Shown: positions 44,440-56,200 of the stretch, in pieces
Numbering within the stretch: the stretch's first letter is position 1
Layout of the letters: each line of letters opens with the position of its first letter
The notes under the pieces: generated by a model
Database searches by the model: none
What the model saw: the letters and a program-made list of their open reading frames with translations, nothing else
What the model was told of the DNA's origin: nothing
Origin: Antedon mediterranea
Taxonomy: Eukaryota > Animalia > Echinodermata
Length of the DNA stretch: 64,000 bases
Reading direction: 5' to 3'
Assembly (NCBI RefSeq): GCF_964355755.1
Contig: NC_092673.1
Coordinates: 26,161,648 to 26,225,647 of the forward strand
Position numbers and translations under genes: made by a program

Positions 44440-45462
44440 ATCAGAGATAAGAGGTGTAGAACTGAGACACAGAAATACGGGACGACCTGATTAAGAGGGA
44501 TGAGGTTAACGGAAACATAAATACGGGACGACCTGGTTAAGAGGGGTGAAGTTAACGGAAACATAAATACTGGGACCTGGTTAAGAGGGGTGAGGTTAAC
44601 GGAAACATAAATACTGGGACCTGGTTAAGATGGGTGAGGTTAACGGAAATATAAATACTGGGACCTGGTTAAGAGGGGTGAGGTTAACGGAAACATAAAT
44701 ACTAGAGGACCTGGTTAAGAGGGGTGAGGTTAACGGAAACATAAATACTGGGACCTGGTTAAGAGGGGTGATGTTAACGGAAACATAAATACTAGAGGAC
44801 CTGGTTAAGAGGGGTGAGGTTAACGGAAACATAAATACTGGGACCTGGTTAAGAGGGGTGAGGTTAACGGAAACATATAAATACGATAGGACCTGGTTAA
44901 GAGGGGTAAGGTTAACTGAGACACAGAAATACGAGAGGACCTGGTTGAGAGGGGTGCGGATGGTTAACTGAGACACAGAGATATGAGAGGACCTGGTTAA
45001 TAGGGGGTGTAGGTTAACTTGAGACACAGAAATATGAGAGGACCTGGTTAAGAGGGGTGTAGGTTAACTGAGGCACAAAAATACGAGAGGACCTGGTTAA
45101 GAGAAGTGTAGGTTAACCTGATACACAGAAATATGAGAGGACCTGGTTAAGAGGGGTGTAGGTTAACTTGAGACACCGCAATATGAGAGGACCTTGTTAA
45201 GAGGGGTGTAGGTTAACTGAGGCACAGAAATACGAGAGGACCTGGTTAAGAGGGGTGTAGGTTAACTGAGGCACAAAAATACGAGAGGACCTGGTTAAGA
45301 GAAGTGTAGGTTAACCTGAGACACAGAAATATGGGAGGACCTGGTTAAGAGGGGTGTAGGTTAACTTGAGACACCGCAATATGAGAGGACCTTGTTAAGA
45401 GGGGTGTAGGTTAACTGAGGCACAGAAATACGAGAGGATCGTGTTAAAGGGTGTAGGTTTAC
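44440..45462. repeat. 44-50-bp minisatellite, ~21 units, polarized variants
   Basis: Core ggacctggttaagaggggtg(t)aggttaac; left units 44-46 bp, right units 49-50 bp with a ~198-bp higher-order repeat. Confidence 0.95.
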
Positions 45463-46086
45463 GAAAGGTACATTCTGTTTGAGATGGGTGTATAGCTTTA
45501 CAAGAGCTGTTCATGTAACTGCGGACCCACCCGATTGAGTTTGAGAAAGTCATACCTAAATACAATTACAACGTTCCTTTGTATTTAGTATATTTATTAC
45601 CGTAATGCTTTAATGTTACGAAAATGTCTGAAAATTATCAACGCATAGTGATGAGTGATTGTCACATTAAGAAGCAATGGTATGTAAATTTAAGCGACTA
45701 TCAATATTTCGATCCACGTTTCATGTTTAAAATTCTACTATTATGTAAATGTTAAAATGGTTCGTTTCCGTTCTCTGAATTCGATAACATTAACACTATG
45801 AATTTACGATAGAGCATCGTGAAACGATTTCAAATAGGCCTACTTAAAAATTATTAAATTTCTTTTTAATTCTTTGGATTATGCATGAACCAGGTAACAC
45901 GATCCTCACCATTGATCAAAACATGACCAAAGGATTTGGCGGCAGACTAATTCCATAATCGTCCCTGTGGTGCGAATGTAAGCCTAGTATTTCCCATTAT
46001 TTTGGTATACAGTATTGCAAATGTATGCAATAGGCCCATCATTATACTTCAAGCCTATAATACCACCACCGTGCTTATGCCATGCA

Positions 46087-46203
46087 ATATTCTCACTTGT
46101 TCCGTTTTACGGAACGGAAGACGGCGTCGATCGTTTGTTATTGAAAACTCATGAATTGAACGACGCCGCCTTACGTTTCGTGAAACGGATCAAGTGTGAA
46201 TGT
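46087..46203. mobile_element. Short palindromic MITE
   Basis: attctcacttgttccgttttacg...ggcgtcg / cgacgcc...cgtgaaacggatcaagtgtgaat. Confidence 0.65.
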
Positions 46204-46828
46204 ATAGCTTATTATATACAATTTTGGACGTGTATGTTTCAGTGATGTGTATATTTTGTGGTACAGTAATAGTTAATACAATACTCTATATTTGATATTA
46301 CATTTTACTGTACGCTTATTTTGACCATTATTTTGATCTTACGAATTTATTTTATTTTGTTTAATGTATCCACCATGCCATCATAAATAGTCGCTGGGTA
46401 TGATATCATTCCAGGCGGTAGGTAATGATTTCTGAAGCTATTATCGTGAATCCAGAAGGTCATATTATTAACTATCGTCAGGAACTCACAAATGTCTGGT
46501 TGAAGGATATCTAAACAGTTACTTTACAGTTAAGATATACATAAACCTATACAGTAAAAAACATCAAAAGAAAAACAAGATATGAATTCCATTTTATTTT
46601 CATGTATTAAACGTTTATTTTGTAAATACAGTAGGCCTAATGAAGAAGATAGAATTAGGCTAACTAAAGAATGGTTACAATCCAGTTGCCGGCGGCGGCT
46701 CTTTGTCCTAAATGTAACGGTAACCACACACATCTCTTGTAAAATCTTGTTTAACACATCAATGGCGTAGATTGTTTTAAAGGAAACTGTGTATGGGAGC
46801 ACTTCCAAAATGCTGAGGTGGTTACTTT

Positions 46829-47425
46829 TTTTTTCTCTTTCGTGGGGCCAACCCACCTTTATTTCATTCTTCATATTACGCATTGTAGTTATATATAGAA
46901 ATTGTATAAAATATCATTAAAAAAATGTTTTAAATATATATATATATATAAATAAAAATTTAAATAATAATGAAACAATTAAAAATTAATACATGAAATT
47001 TTAAGAAATACAAGTTAATAATTTTCTTTTTACATTACCCCATTTCTTTTTTGCCTTGTTTATGTTACAAGCATATTGATTCTATAAGATTTTTTAGCTC
47101 AAATTTGAACAAGTTCCAGACGACTTTTGATCTAATTATTGAATGCTTTTCTAATGATTTAATAAAATGTGTTTTATAAATACAAAAAGTAAACAATGAT
47201 AATAATTCATTGACATTCACTTTTTGTTCCGATAACAATGTCTAGCCAATCATGTACGGTTTCTTCAAGTGTAGAGCATTTTAGAATCATGTTGTTGAAT
47301 TTTGTCCATACTTTTTGGATACTTTTACATTTCAAAAGCATGTGCTTGTCTGTCTCAATTTCGTTTTGGCAGTGTTCGCACATTTCTTCAGAAGATATTT
47401 TCCATATCTTCATTCGTTGTTTACA
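46829..47425 (-). mobile_element. 5'-truncated L1/Tx1-clade LINE (zf-RVT region, 3' UTR, poly(A)) with 15-bp TSD
   Basis: Peptide KIWKISSEEMCEHCQNEIETDKHMLLKC...VW (CxxC..H...C); TSD TGAGGTGGTTACTTT at 46814-46828 and 47426-47440. Confidence 0.88.
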
Positions 47426-49149
47426 TGAGGTGGTTACTTTAACGTGCTGGCAAAGTTACCAGTAGGCTATTCCCTTCGTTGGTGGTGGAGGGGAGGGAAA
47501 CGTTTTTGTTATAATTCAGTTTTACTCCAGTGTATGGATGAGTGCAATAGAAGGCAACAGGACTCACAGTACCGTGTTAGGAAAACTTTTGGGGCGATCA
47601 ACAGAATGTGACCAATTACCCACGTTGCATTAAAGTATTAGTATGCCGTACAGAAGTAAAAAGTCCCCTTAAAACGAGGATACAATATTTGACAAACATG
47701 TGATCAATGAAACATTTCAGCATATCTAATTTAGTCTGCCTATGATTTATCATCGTCTATTTTAACGCGCTTCTTGGAGGCTTCAGTGGTTTTTTTTCCT
47801 ATCTAAAAGGTGTTTTAGCCAAGGTCGGTGATTCCTAATAAAAGTCAAAAGTTTGAACCATAAATAATTCACATCATGTTTAAAATATATGTTTCTGTAA
47901 TTCGTCGGATCTCTATATTGTGTATACACAGACGATATCGTACGTTGGTATACACTTCGAACAAAAACATTTACAGTATCAATTAGATTAGAGTATCAAT
48001 CACTAAATAATCAAGCAAATCAACCTCGAGTGTCATCTTATTTATTGAAATTTCATTCACAGTTTGAAATTGTATTTACCCTCAGCTGACCCAACAGCTA
48101 CAGTCCGGCGCTCGAAATTTGTATTCCTTGACAGAAATTATGAATAATTCATAAATTATGGGTTCATAAATTATAAGGCGCTATGAAAGAAGGCTGAGAT
48201 GGACCCAGTACACCGTAGTGATCATTCTCTTTGGACCTCCAGATTTATTCATTTATTTATTAATTGTTGTATTTAACATGTGGTCCAATTGTGACAGTGC
48301 TGCTGCGAAACACAAACCTTTGCAACAATATTGATAACAACTCGGAGTTATCCTTTAAAGAAAAAACACTTCTGTCCACTTTAGCTACTATTTTATATTT
48401 ATGCCAATTATTTTAACGTCATGTTATGGTAATATAGTAAGGATTTGCTTTTATAATTACTGATTACATAGATGTTAATAGTTCAATTACGATGCCCACA
48501 TTAGAGTAAGTATATTAGTTCTATCTATAGAAATTACCGTTAGGCAAACTCAGATTATAGTGTAATATTTCTTTTAATCAAACTTCATTAATACTAAATC
48601 CTTTGTTCCATTATGTATGGTTTTATATTTATGCCAATTATTTTAACGTCATTTTATGATAGTCGTAGGCCTATAGGATTTGCTGTTATAATTCGTGATT
48701 CCATTATACTCAATATTATGTTACTATAATATTACGATTCACCGAGGAATTTAGAAAGTGCATCTGAGAATCCGATTTAGCAGTTTTAATGTCTAATGAA
48801 ATGACTCAAGCCTCCCTAAAAGTGTCCACATAGGGTATTATAACTGGAAATCAAATATTGCAAAGATACATACCTGCACCAATCGGTCTTGTAGTCATGT
48901 ATCCAGCAAATTTCAAACTTTGAAAAATATCTACCAAGAGTGACCATTTAATACAAACTTGGTACATAACAATTAATTATCTATCTATTTAAATATTTAC
49001 ATCTTAGCCTCAAACAACCATTGAGAAACTGCTATGATGGTTGTGGTTTATCATTCGAAGCCATTAGGCCTATTGGTATGGTCTCTCATCAGAAACTGCC
49101 ATGTTTGGTGTCCTACATCAAAAGGACCATTACGGGTATGGTATAACAA

Positions 49150-49375
49150 GCATCATGATGGGTGTGGCTTTTTCATTAGAATTAGTGATGGTTGTGGTCT
49201 CTAACATGATGGATGTGGTCTAAAACATGATGGGTGTGGTCTCTAACATTATGGGTGTGGTCTCTAACACGATGGGTGTGGTCTCTAACATTATGGGTGC
49301 GGTCTCTCACATGATGGGTGCGGTCTCTAACACGATGGGTGTGGTCTCTAACACGATGGTTGTGGTCTCAAACAT
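49150..49375. repeat. 21-bp minisatellite (atgatgggtgtggtctctaac), left arm
   Basis: About 9-10 units, with degenerate units upstream. Confidence 0.93.
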
Positions 49376-50112
49376 TATTCATTTCATTCATTCATTCTGC
49401 TTTTATTCAATATTTCTCTTTGCAGTATATATAAAATAAAACTGAATTGCGAGAGATTTACATATAAAATTGGTACAAGCTTTCAAACATCAAAATTTAC
49501 AACATTAAAAAGTTAAAAAGTTAAAAAAAAATAAATTTTTAAAAAGGAGATATTACACATGGAAGAAACTGATGAAAGTACTTATTACTTATTATTATTA
49601 TTATTGTTGTGTTTATTTTGGTTTATTAATTAGTCTACACAGTGCTGGGAAACATGAGTTGTTGAATCTTTTAGTATTGCCATATATTTCACTTTGCTTC
49701 TTAGCATTCCTAAGTATCCTGCCACACGTTTCGCCTCTCAATTTAGGAAGTGCGTTAGGGACGATTTTGTTAAGATTTTTAGCAAAATCAAGAAGAATAT
49801 CTTCTCTTCTTTGATCTAAAAATTTAAGATTAAGTAGTTTAATTGCTTGATCATAGGATGCATATTTTTGTCCGAGAATTATTCTACATGCGCGTTTCTG
49901 TATAAATTCAAGCTCCATGGATTGTGCTATGGTTAAGGCAGAGTGCCATATACGGACACGCATATTCAGTTACAGGTCTTATGTGGCTAATATACATTTG
50001 ACGCAGATGGTTACAAGGCATTCCAAATCTTTTTAAACATTTCAACATATGTAATCTCTTACTGGCTCTATTAACAACATCGTGGATATGCATATTCCAT
50101 TTCAGATCATTA
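49376..50112 (-). mobile_element. 5'-truncated L2/Crack/Daphne-group LINE, frameshifted RT C-terminus with (GAAT)n tail
   Basis: DLKWNMHI..ASKRLHMLKCLKRFG..IRPVTEYACP / WHSALT..LEFIQKRACRIILG..TKRFNNSCFP; AATAAA and a microsatellite tail at the left end. Confidence 0.88.
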
Positions 50113-50250
50113 GTGGTTGTGGTCTCTAACATGATGGGTGTGGTCTCTAACATGATGGTGTGGTCTCTAACATGATGGGTGTGGTCTCAAACATGATGGG
50201 TGTGGTCTCAAACATTATGGGTGTGGTCTCTAACATGATGGTGTGGGGTT
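50113..50250. repeat. 21-bp minisatellite, right arm
   Basis: About 6 units of the same repeat on the other side of the LINE. Confidence 0.93.
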
Positions 50251-53200
50251 GTCATTAGAAGCAGTGATGGGTGTGGCAGAATAAAATACAGTACTACAAA
50301 AAAACAAGATTCTTGCAGGAGCTTTTAGGCTTTAAACAAACGACACGAAGCATTCATTCTCATATAGAAATGGTGTTTTATTTTCATTTTTCCCCTACTT
50401 TCTACATGGCTCCCTACATTAAGGTTCAACAGAATTGGAGCCGAAACTACATTCTAATTTGCTCGTCTTTTTTTAAAGGACATCGAATCATGAGGCAGCT
50501 GTACACTACGGTATATTACCAAGATCTAAAAACAGGTTACTGAAAACAACAGTTTTTTTTGTCAGAAAACACATACGCATTGCAGTCAACATTCCTCCCA
50601 TCCCACCGGTATTTATAATACGTTATCTTCAAAATAGCACAATGCACAACTTTTATAATTTTCTTTTTTTAAACAAAAAAAAAAACTAAATAAATAAATA
50701 AAGATAATAAATCATGTGATTTAAAAAAAGCTTTTGAAAAAAATCTATACGAAAGAATTTGGTCTGTAACAGGTTTTTGAAAAATGATTATATGTTATAG
50801 TAATTTACAATAGTTGTATCTGTACAAATACATGTATACATATGCAGCCATACCACCCACAGACATATACACAGACTATACCTACAGTAATAGTATTCAA
50901 AAAACTGTACCATTTATATAATCTCACTAAACAATGATTTACAATTTCACCTAGACTAATTAAAAAATAATAATTAAGGTTTTATAATGGTTTCTTTGTG
51001 TACAAAAACGACATGGAATGAAAAAGGATAAATATATATATTTGACATCACAGTTAAAAACACAGAATCAGATCACAAATGATTGTAGTCAAAAACCTGT
51101 TACAGTTTGAAAAAAAATATATATATTGAAAATGATGAAAAAACACTGTACAAAATAGTATTTCTTTTTAATATGAGGATATGTATTATACAGGGCTCTA
51201 TTTTTGGTTACATTTTCATCTTAAAAATCATACAAAAAAATGTTAATAATCACGATGGTGCCTCTTTGCTTCATTGCACTAGATCTTGGCACTACTTTTT
51301 TACTCTCCTTAGAACACAAAAATAATTCATTTAATTTGATTGAAAATGTATAATCTACAACACACAAATTAATTGTAAACTAGGGTTGTACATTATTTAG
51401 TCTTTCTTCAGGAATGTCGATTTCATATATTGTCATTCCGAATCACACGTTAACTAAAAAACAGAAATCCATATTTATACCCACAAATTTTTACTACTAA
51501 AGTGCTTTTTCAAGAAACAACCATCTGACCATACTACCTACAGTTGTTTTTTTTCTTCAATAATTTACAACAAATCTTTAACGAAAAGTCTACGTTATCG
51601 TCACATTATTTAATTGGCCAACAACTCGATCAAAGGTCCATTTAAAATAATACGAGAACAGCTCGCTTATTTCGGTGAACGTTTCTCCTTTAACACTATT
51701 TACGCCGTAGAACCATTTACCCGAAAAAACTAAATCCAACCTTACCTACTATTTATTTTTTTTCTCCAAAACTTCCAACCCGAAAGAAGTATTTACAAAG
51801 CCAGACACAAACACTATTAGTAAGACACTTGGGTGCAATGTTCCACACTATAAATCTAAGTGAACTAAAAACTAACCAACATAAAATCCAATTTATCCAT
51901 TCACACATTATTATACATTCTCTTTGTGTTGCTACTATGTATGTGATTATACTATTAAGCGCGTGTACTCATTGGCAACCACCAACAACATTAAACATTG
52001 CTTTTTACGAAATTCCTGTGTTCATAAACTTCAGGAAAGAAACATAAATCCGATTGACAACAAACTGACATTTCCATGTAAAAAAAATTTCCTTAAAAAG
52101 CAAAAAAGTTTTTGGGTTATACATGATATTGCAGCGACTACAGGGTACAAATAAGAACTTGTTAAAAATGCCAAGTTCGTGGAGTTACAAAATCACGGCG
52201 CTAGTCATTTTCTTACGGTAATGCGAACCAAAACTGTACAAATTGGTTTCATTCATTAGTAAAAATGATGATACATTTAGAAACATTTAGTCGCCGATAA
52301 TCTCTACAGGTCGATTTATGAGTTCTTGGCCGATATTGGCAAGTAAACGCCAAGAACTGTTTGATGTCGAAAGGTAACGATGGCTTTTAAAATAATTTGG
52401 GGGTGAGGAAAGCAACTCAGATGTTAAAGTTTCCGATTATACAGCATTAAATATTCAGGGACATACACTGCTCAGTAAACCAAAATAAACAAATGTAGTT
52501 TGTTTATCATGATTTAGATATAGTGAAATACATTGTCAAAACATTTTTAAATGGATGACCATGAAAGAAACCTGAGCAGGCTACTAACAGCACTTGATTA
52601 TTCATGCATCCAAAAGCATCGAGAAAACAGCGCTTTGCTGCACAAATGATGGTTTGTTACGCTGCTGAGCTTGGAGATAAATGCTGAATCAAGGGATGGC
52701 TTCTGTCATGAGGTCAAAGGGTAAAGGTCTATTCACCTCTAAACCATGCAACAGAACATGGACATGCTCTAATTAACACATGTCATCTTCCTGTGCAAAA
52801 ATATGTTCCTGATATTAGTTTTTTTCCCTATCATTTATATATATGTACACACACACAAAACCACTCCACTGTAGCCTTTGTAGTCTGTCAGGTTCTGGCT
52901 ACAAGATACGATTATTCACCATATCCACTTAACTTCTGACTACATTAATTTTTACATAAACTGCTTTAATCACCTGTATAATCTATGCATACCTAATCAA
53001 CCAATAAGGTAGCTTGATTTCATCAAACCCCGTCTTTAAGTGTGATTCCAGGTGATCAATTTCATTGTATTACCTAATTTTCTATATTGTTTATATATAT
53101 TTTTTTGTTCTGCACAATATACGAGCCCTTGACGTCTCATACATTATTTACATTATTTCATGTGATTTTTGGATAGAGTGAGTTGTATTCAGACAAACAG

Positions 53201-53252
53201 ACAGACAGCGTCCTCTCGTCATTTATTCTGATCCATCTAATAAACTCGTTCT

Positions 53253-56200
53253 TTACATAAATTGTCCGTTTGGATTCATCATGTTTCCTTGTCCCATCAT
53301 GCCGGCTCCAGATCCGAAGTTTCCAGGCGCTGGCATACCGCCCCCATAAGATTGTCCCTGCAATGCTGCAGCCGCAGCACTTTGGTAGTTAGGAGGCATA
53401 TACTGCATGTTAGCGGGTGAAGCACCACTGAAAACAAATAAAAATAAAAATAATCCAACTGTAACAATGACATAGGGCCTGTTCAGGCTCAGTTAAGTTA
53501 CCCACTAAGTTGGCTTCATGAATTATCGCTTACTTTGGTAGGTAGGTAACCCAATTTATCCAGGTAAATTACTAAACATGAACATGCCCATATATCCAGG
53601 GTAGTTTCCCAGAAATATCTGTCTCTCACAAAACCAGACCACTCGGAAATCAAGCAAATAATGCTGGATGATTATTTTCCACATCATGTTGGTACAGTAC
53701 ATGCTAGAATCAAACACTACCCACCACTGCAGGCTTGGTGATCTAGCGGTATGAACACCAGGCTAGAAACCTAGAGGACACACCCAAGAATGACTTTTAT
53801 TCTCAATGAACTGAGTCCACAGTAAAAATAAATCAGAGTAGGCCAAACCATCTGACCAATTCAGTTGCAATATAAGTGTTAAAAAAGTATAAATCCCTGT
53901 CCACACTATCATATCACTTTGGGCACATCACATTGTAGACAGAGCTTCAGTAATTGCTCATACCTTTGATATGGCTGTGCTTGGTAAAAATATTGGTTTG
54001 CTACATATTGTTGTTGCTGTTGTTGTGGGTAGGCCGCAGCGTAGTAGTTAGAGTACTGTTGTTGTTGTTGCTAAAAATAACAAAAACGTTTATTAAATAA
54101 TCAACATTTAAATAACTGTGGGCTTTTACCAAAGTCGGTACAAACTGTTTAACACCATCATTTTTTTTCTTCAATGTCATTTTCTGCGTTCACTTTTAGC
54201 AATTAAAGTGTGTAATCTATATGAAAAATATTCAACTAATAAGTTCTACCTTGAATAGAACATTGAATGTTGGCGTAGTGTTTATATTGACAATATATTG
54301 ACTAGTAATACGTTATTATTATAGAAGTAAATTTGATTACAATAATAATAATAATATTCTATATAATAATTATACTATAGATTCATCACTAAGCAGTACA
54401 ACAGGTACATGCTATAAGGAAGGTTAAATAAACATTGGAATTAGAACAACCGATTTATAACTACTGTATATAGGAAAGTAAAAAATCTGGATTAGACGGT
54501 TGGGTAGTACTATAGAACCTCTATTAAAGGACAACTTGACCCGAGGACCATCCTTAATACGTTGTAAAAATATGATCCTCGGTCAAGTTGTCCTTTACGG
54601 AAACACCAACAAAACCCAACAAAGTGTCCCTTAATAGGGGTTAGCCATAGTGTTAAAACATATATTGTCCCTCGTTCATTAGAAAGTGTTCCCTGAATAA
54701 GGTGTCACAGAGGAGGGTTCTAACTGTATAACAACAAATATTGTCTCACTATTGAAAGCATAAATATAAAAAAACTAGGCCATTAAGTCAAAACAATCAT
54801 CTATATATTAATGCTACTAAATTGGTCGCATAATTTTACGTATCTCCTCCCAAACCGCTGAATAGTACATGCTCACATTTGGCACACTGTTGTTTCTTGA
54901 TATTTATTATTATCTTATAAATAGCATGTTCTAGAGAAAAGCAGTGGATGCTGTAATTAGTTATTTTAATTAATTAATAATGTATTTTAATAAATATAAA
55001 CTAAATATTCAATAAACTAAAATTCCTATATACGATTTTGCTTATTAATAAAAACGTTAACTATTTTATTAACGCAAGTACGAAATGGTTTTAGAGGCAA
55101 CAGCACGTTGCCTAGCAACTCCTGTTTCATTACCCCTTATAATGTATTGCATGCAACTATACAGATTGGGTCTTAACAACATAAAAATTCATAATGATTC
55201 TACTAGTGATGATGAGTTGGTGATCGACTTCGTGCATAGAAGTCGTTAAATTCTTACTTTAGTATTGTGCGATGAACATGTAATAAAAACGCTAGTTGAT
55301 TAGTTTTTGCGCATGCAACACCAACTACTTTTCAGTTCATTCTACTTATACAATACTTTAATTGTAACACAATTATGATACGTTATAGCAACTACGAAAA
55401 ACTATATGTAAAGTGTTTTTTAAACTCCTTTTTTCTATCAAAAGGCAACAAGCAATTTCCAATTTTATTGCAAAAATTGTGTCGTTAAACCTTAATGAAA
55501 GTACTCAATTTTGGAACAATCACTTTATTTCGTAATAAAAGTATTTGTATTGGTTTTAGACTAGACAATATGCTTGTAATAACATTTTGGTTTTATATAA
55601 CAATGTTATTATGTAACTGTTACGATAACAAATTATTCATTTATTTAGGTAAAAAAGCAATATATTGTTTGGATTTTAATTTTGGAAGTTCCGGTTTTTC
55701 AGAAAAGTGATGCTTTATATTACTATATATATAGAAAATATGGAATTCAGTGAAAATTAAATAGGTTGAATAATATACTTGTTTACTCTATACTAAGCTA
55801 GTAATAACATTATTAATCTGACCACTTCTCATTATTACACCATACATTGGAACGCTATCTATCAAACACATCTTCGTCTCGCAGGGGAGTCCTCTATAAT
55901 TGAATGCATGAAATGAATCTCTGCTTTGACACTCGAACCTTCTCGGTAACCACGCCTGGGTGGACTTGGATTATCTGACTTTCCCAAGACGTACACTAGC
56001 CAACATAGTTTTCAAGTTCTTAACCTCACGGGGAAAAATCCTGACCTGTGCGTCAATTATTCCTAAAGGGTTTCACACAATACTACAATAAGCTTAGTTT
56101 CAATGAATACGGTTGAAATCTGGCGATACATATCAATATATTCAATGTAAGAGTACACAGTTATTCTACATTGATTTAATAAGTTTATGTAGCCCTTTGA

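Larger units (their letters stand above)
43877..48960 (-). pseudogene. Probable decayed multi-exon gene encoding a single-pass membrane protein
   Basis: Exon-like blocks with splice signals at about 48874-48960, 47568-47834, 46343-46510, 45910-45983, 45470-45555 and 43877-44420. Frames are protein-like but interrupted by stops, ending in TM-like RKRTLIRLLFLLGLAVVLSFVAFYQVY. Confidence 0.35.

Noticed and set aside
44596-45027. 143-aa repetitive ORF
   Set aside because: Minisatellite translation with the frame shifting between units.
49227-49439. ORF with MGVVSN repeats
   Set aside because: Translation of the 21-bp minisatellite.
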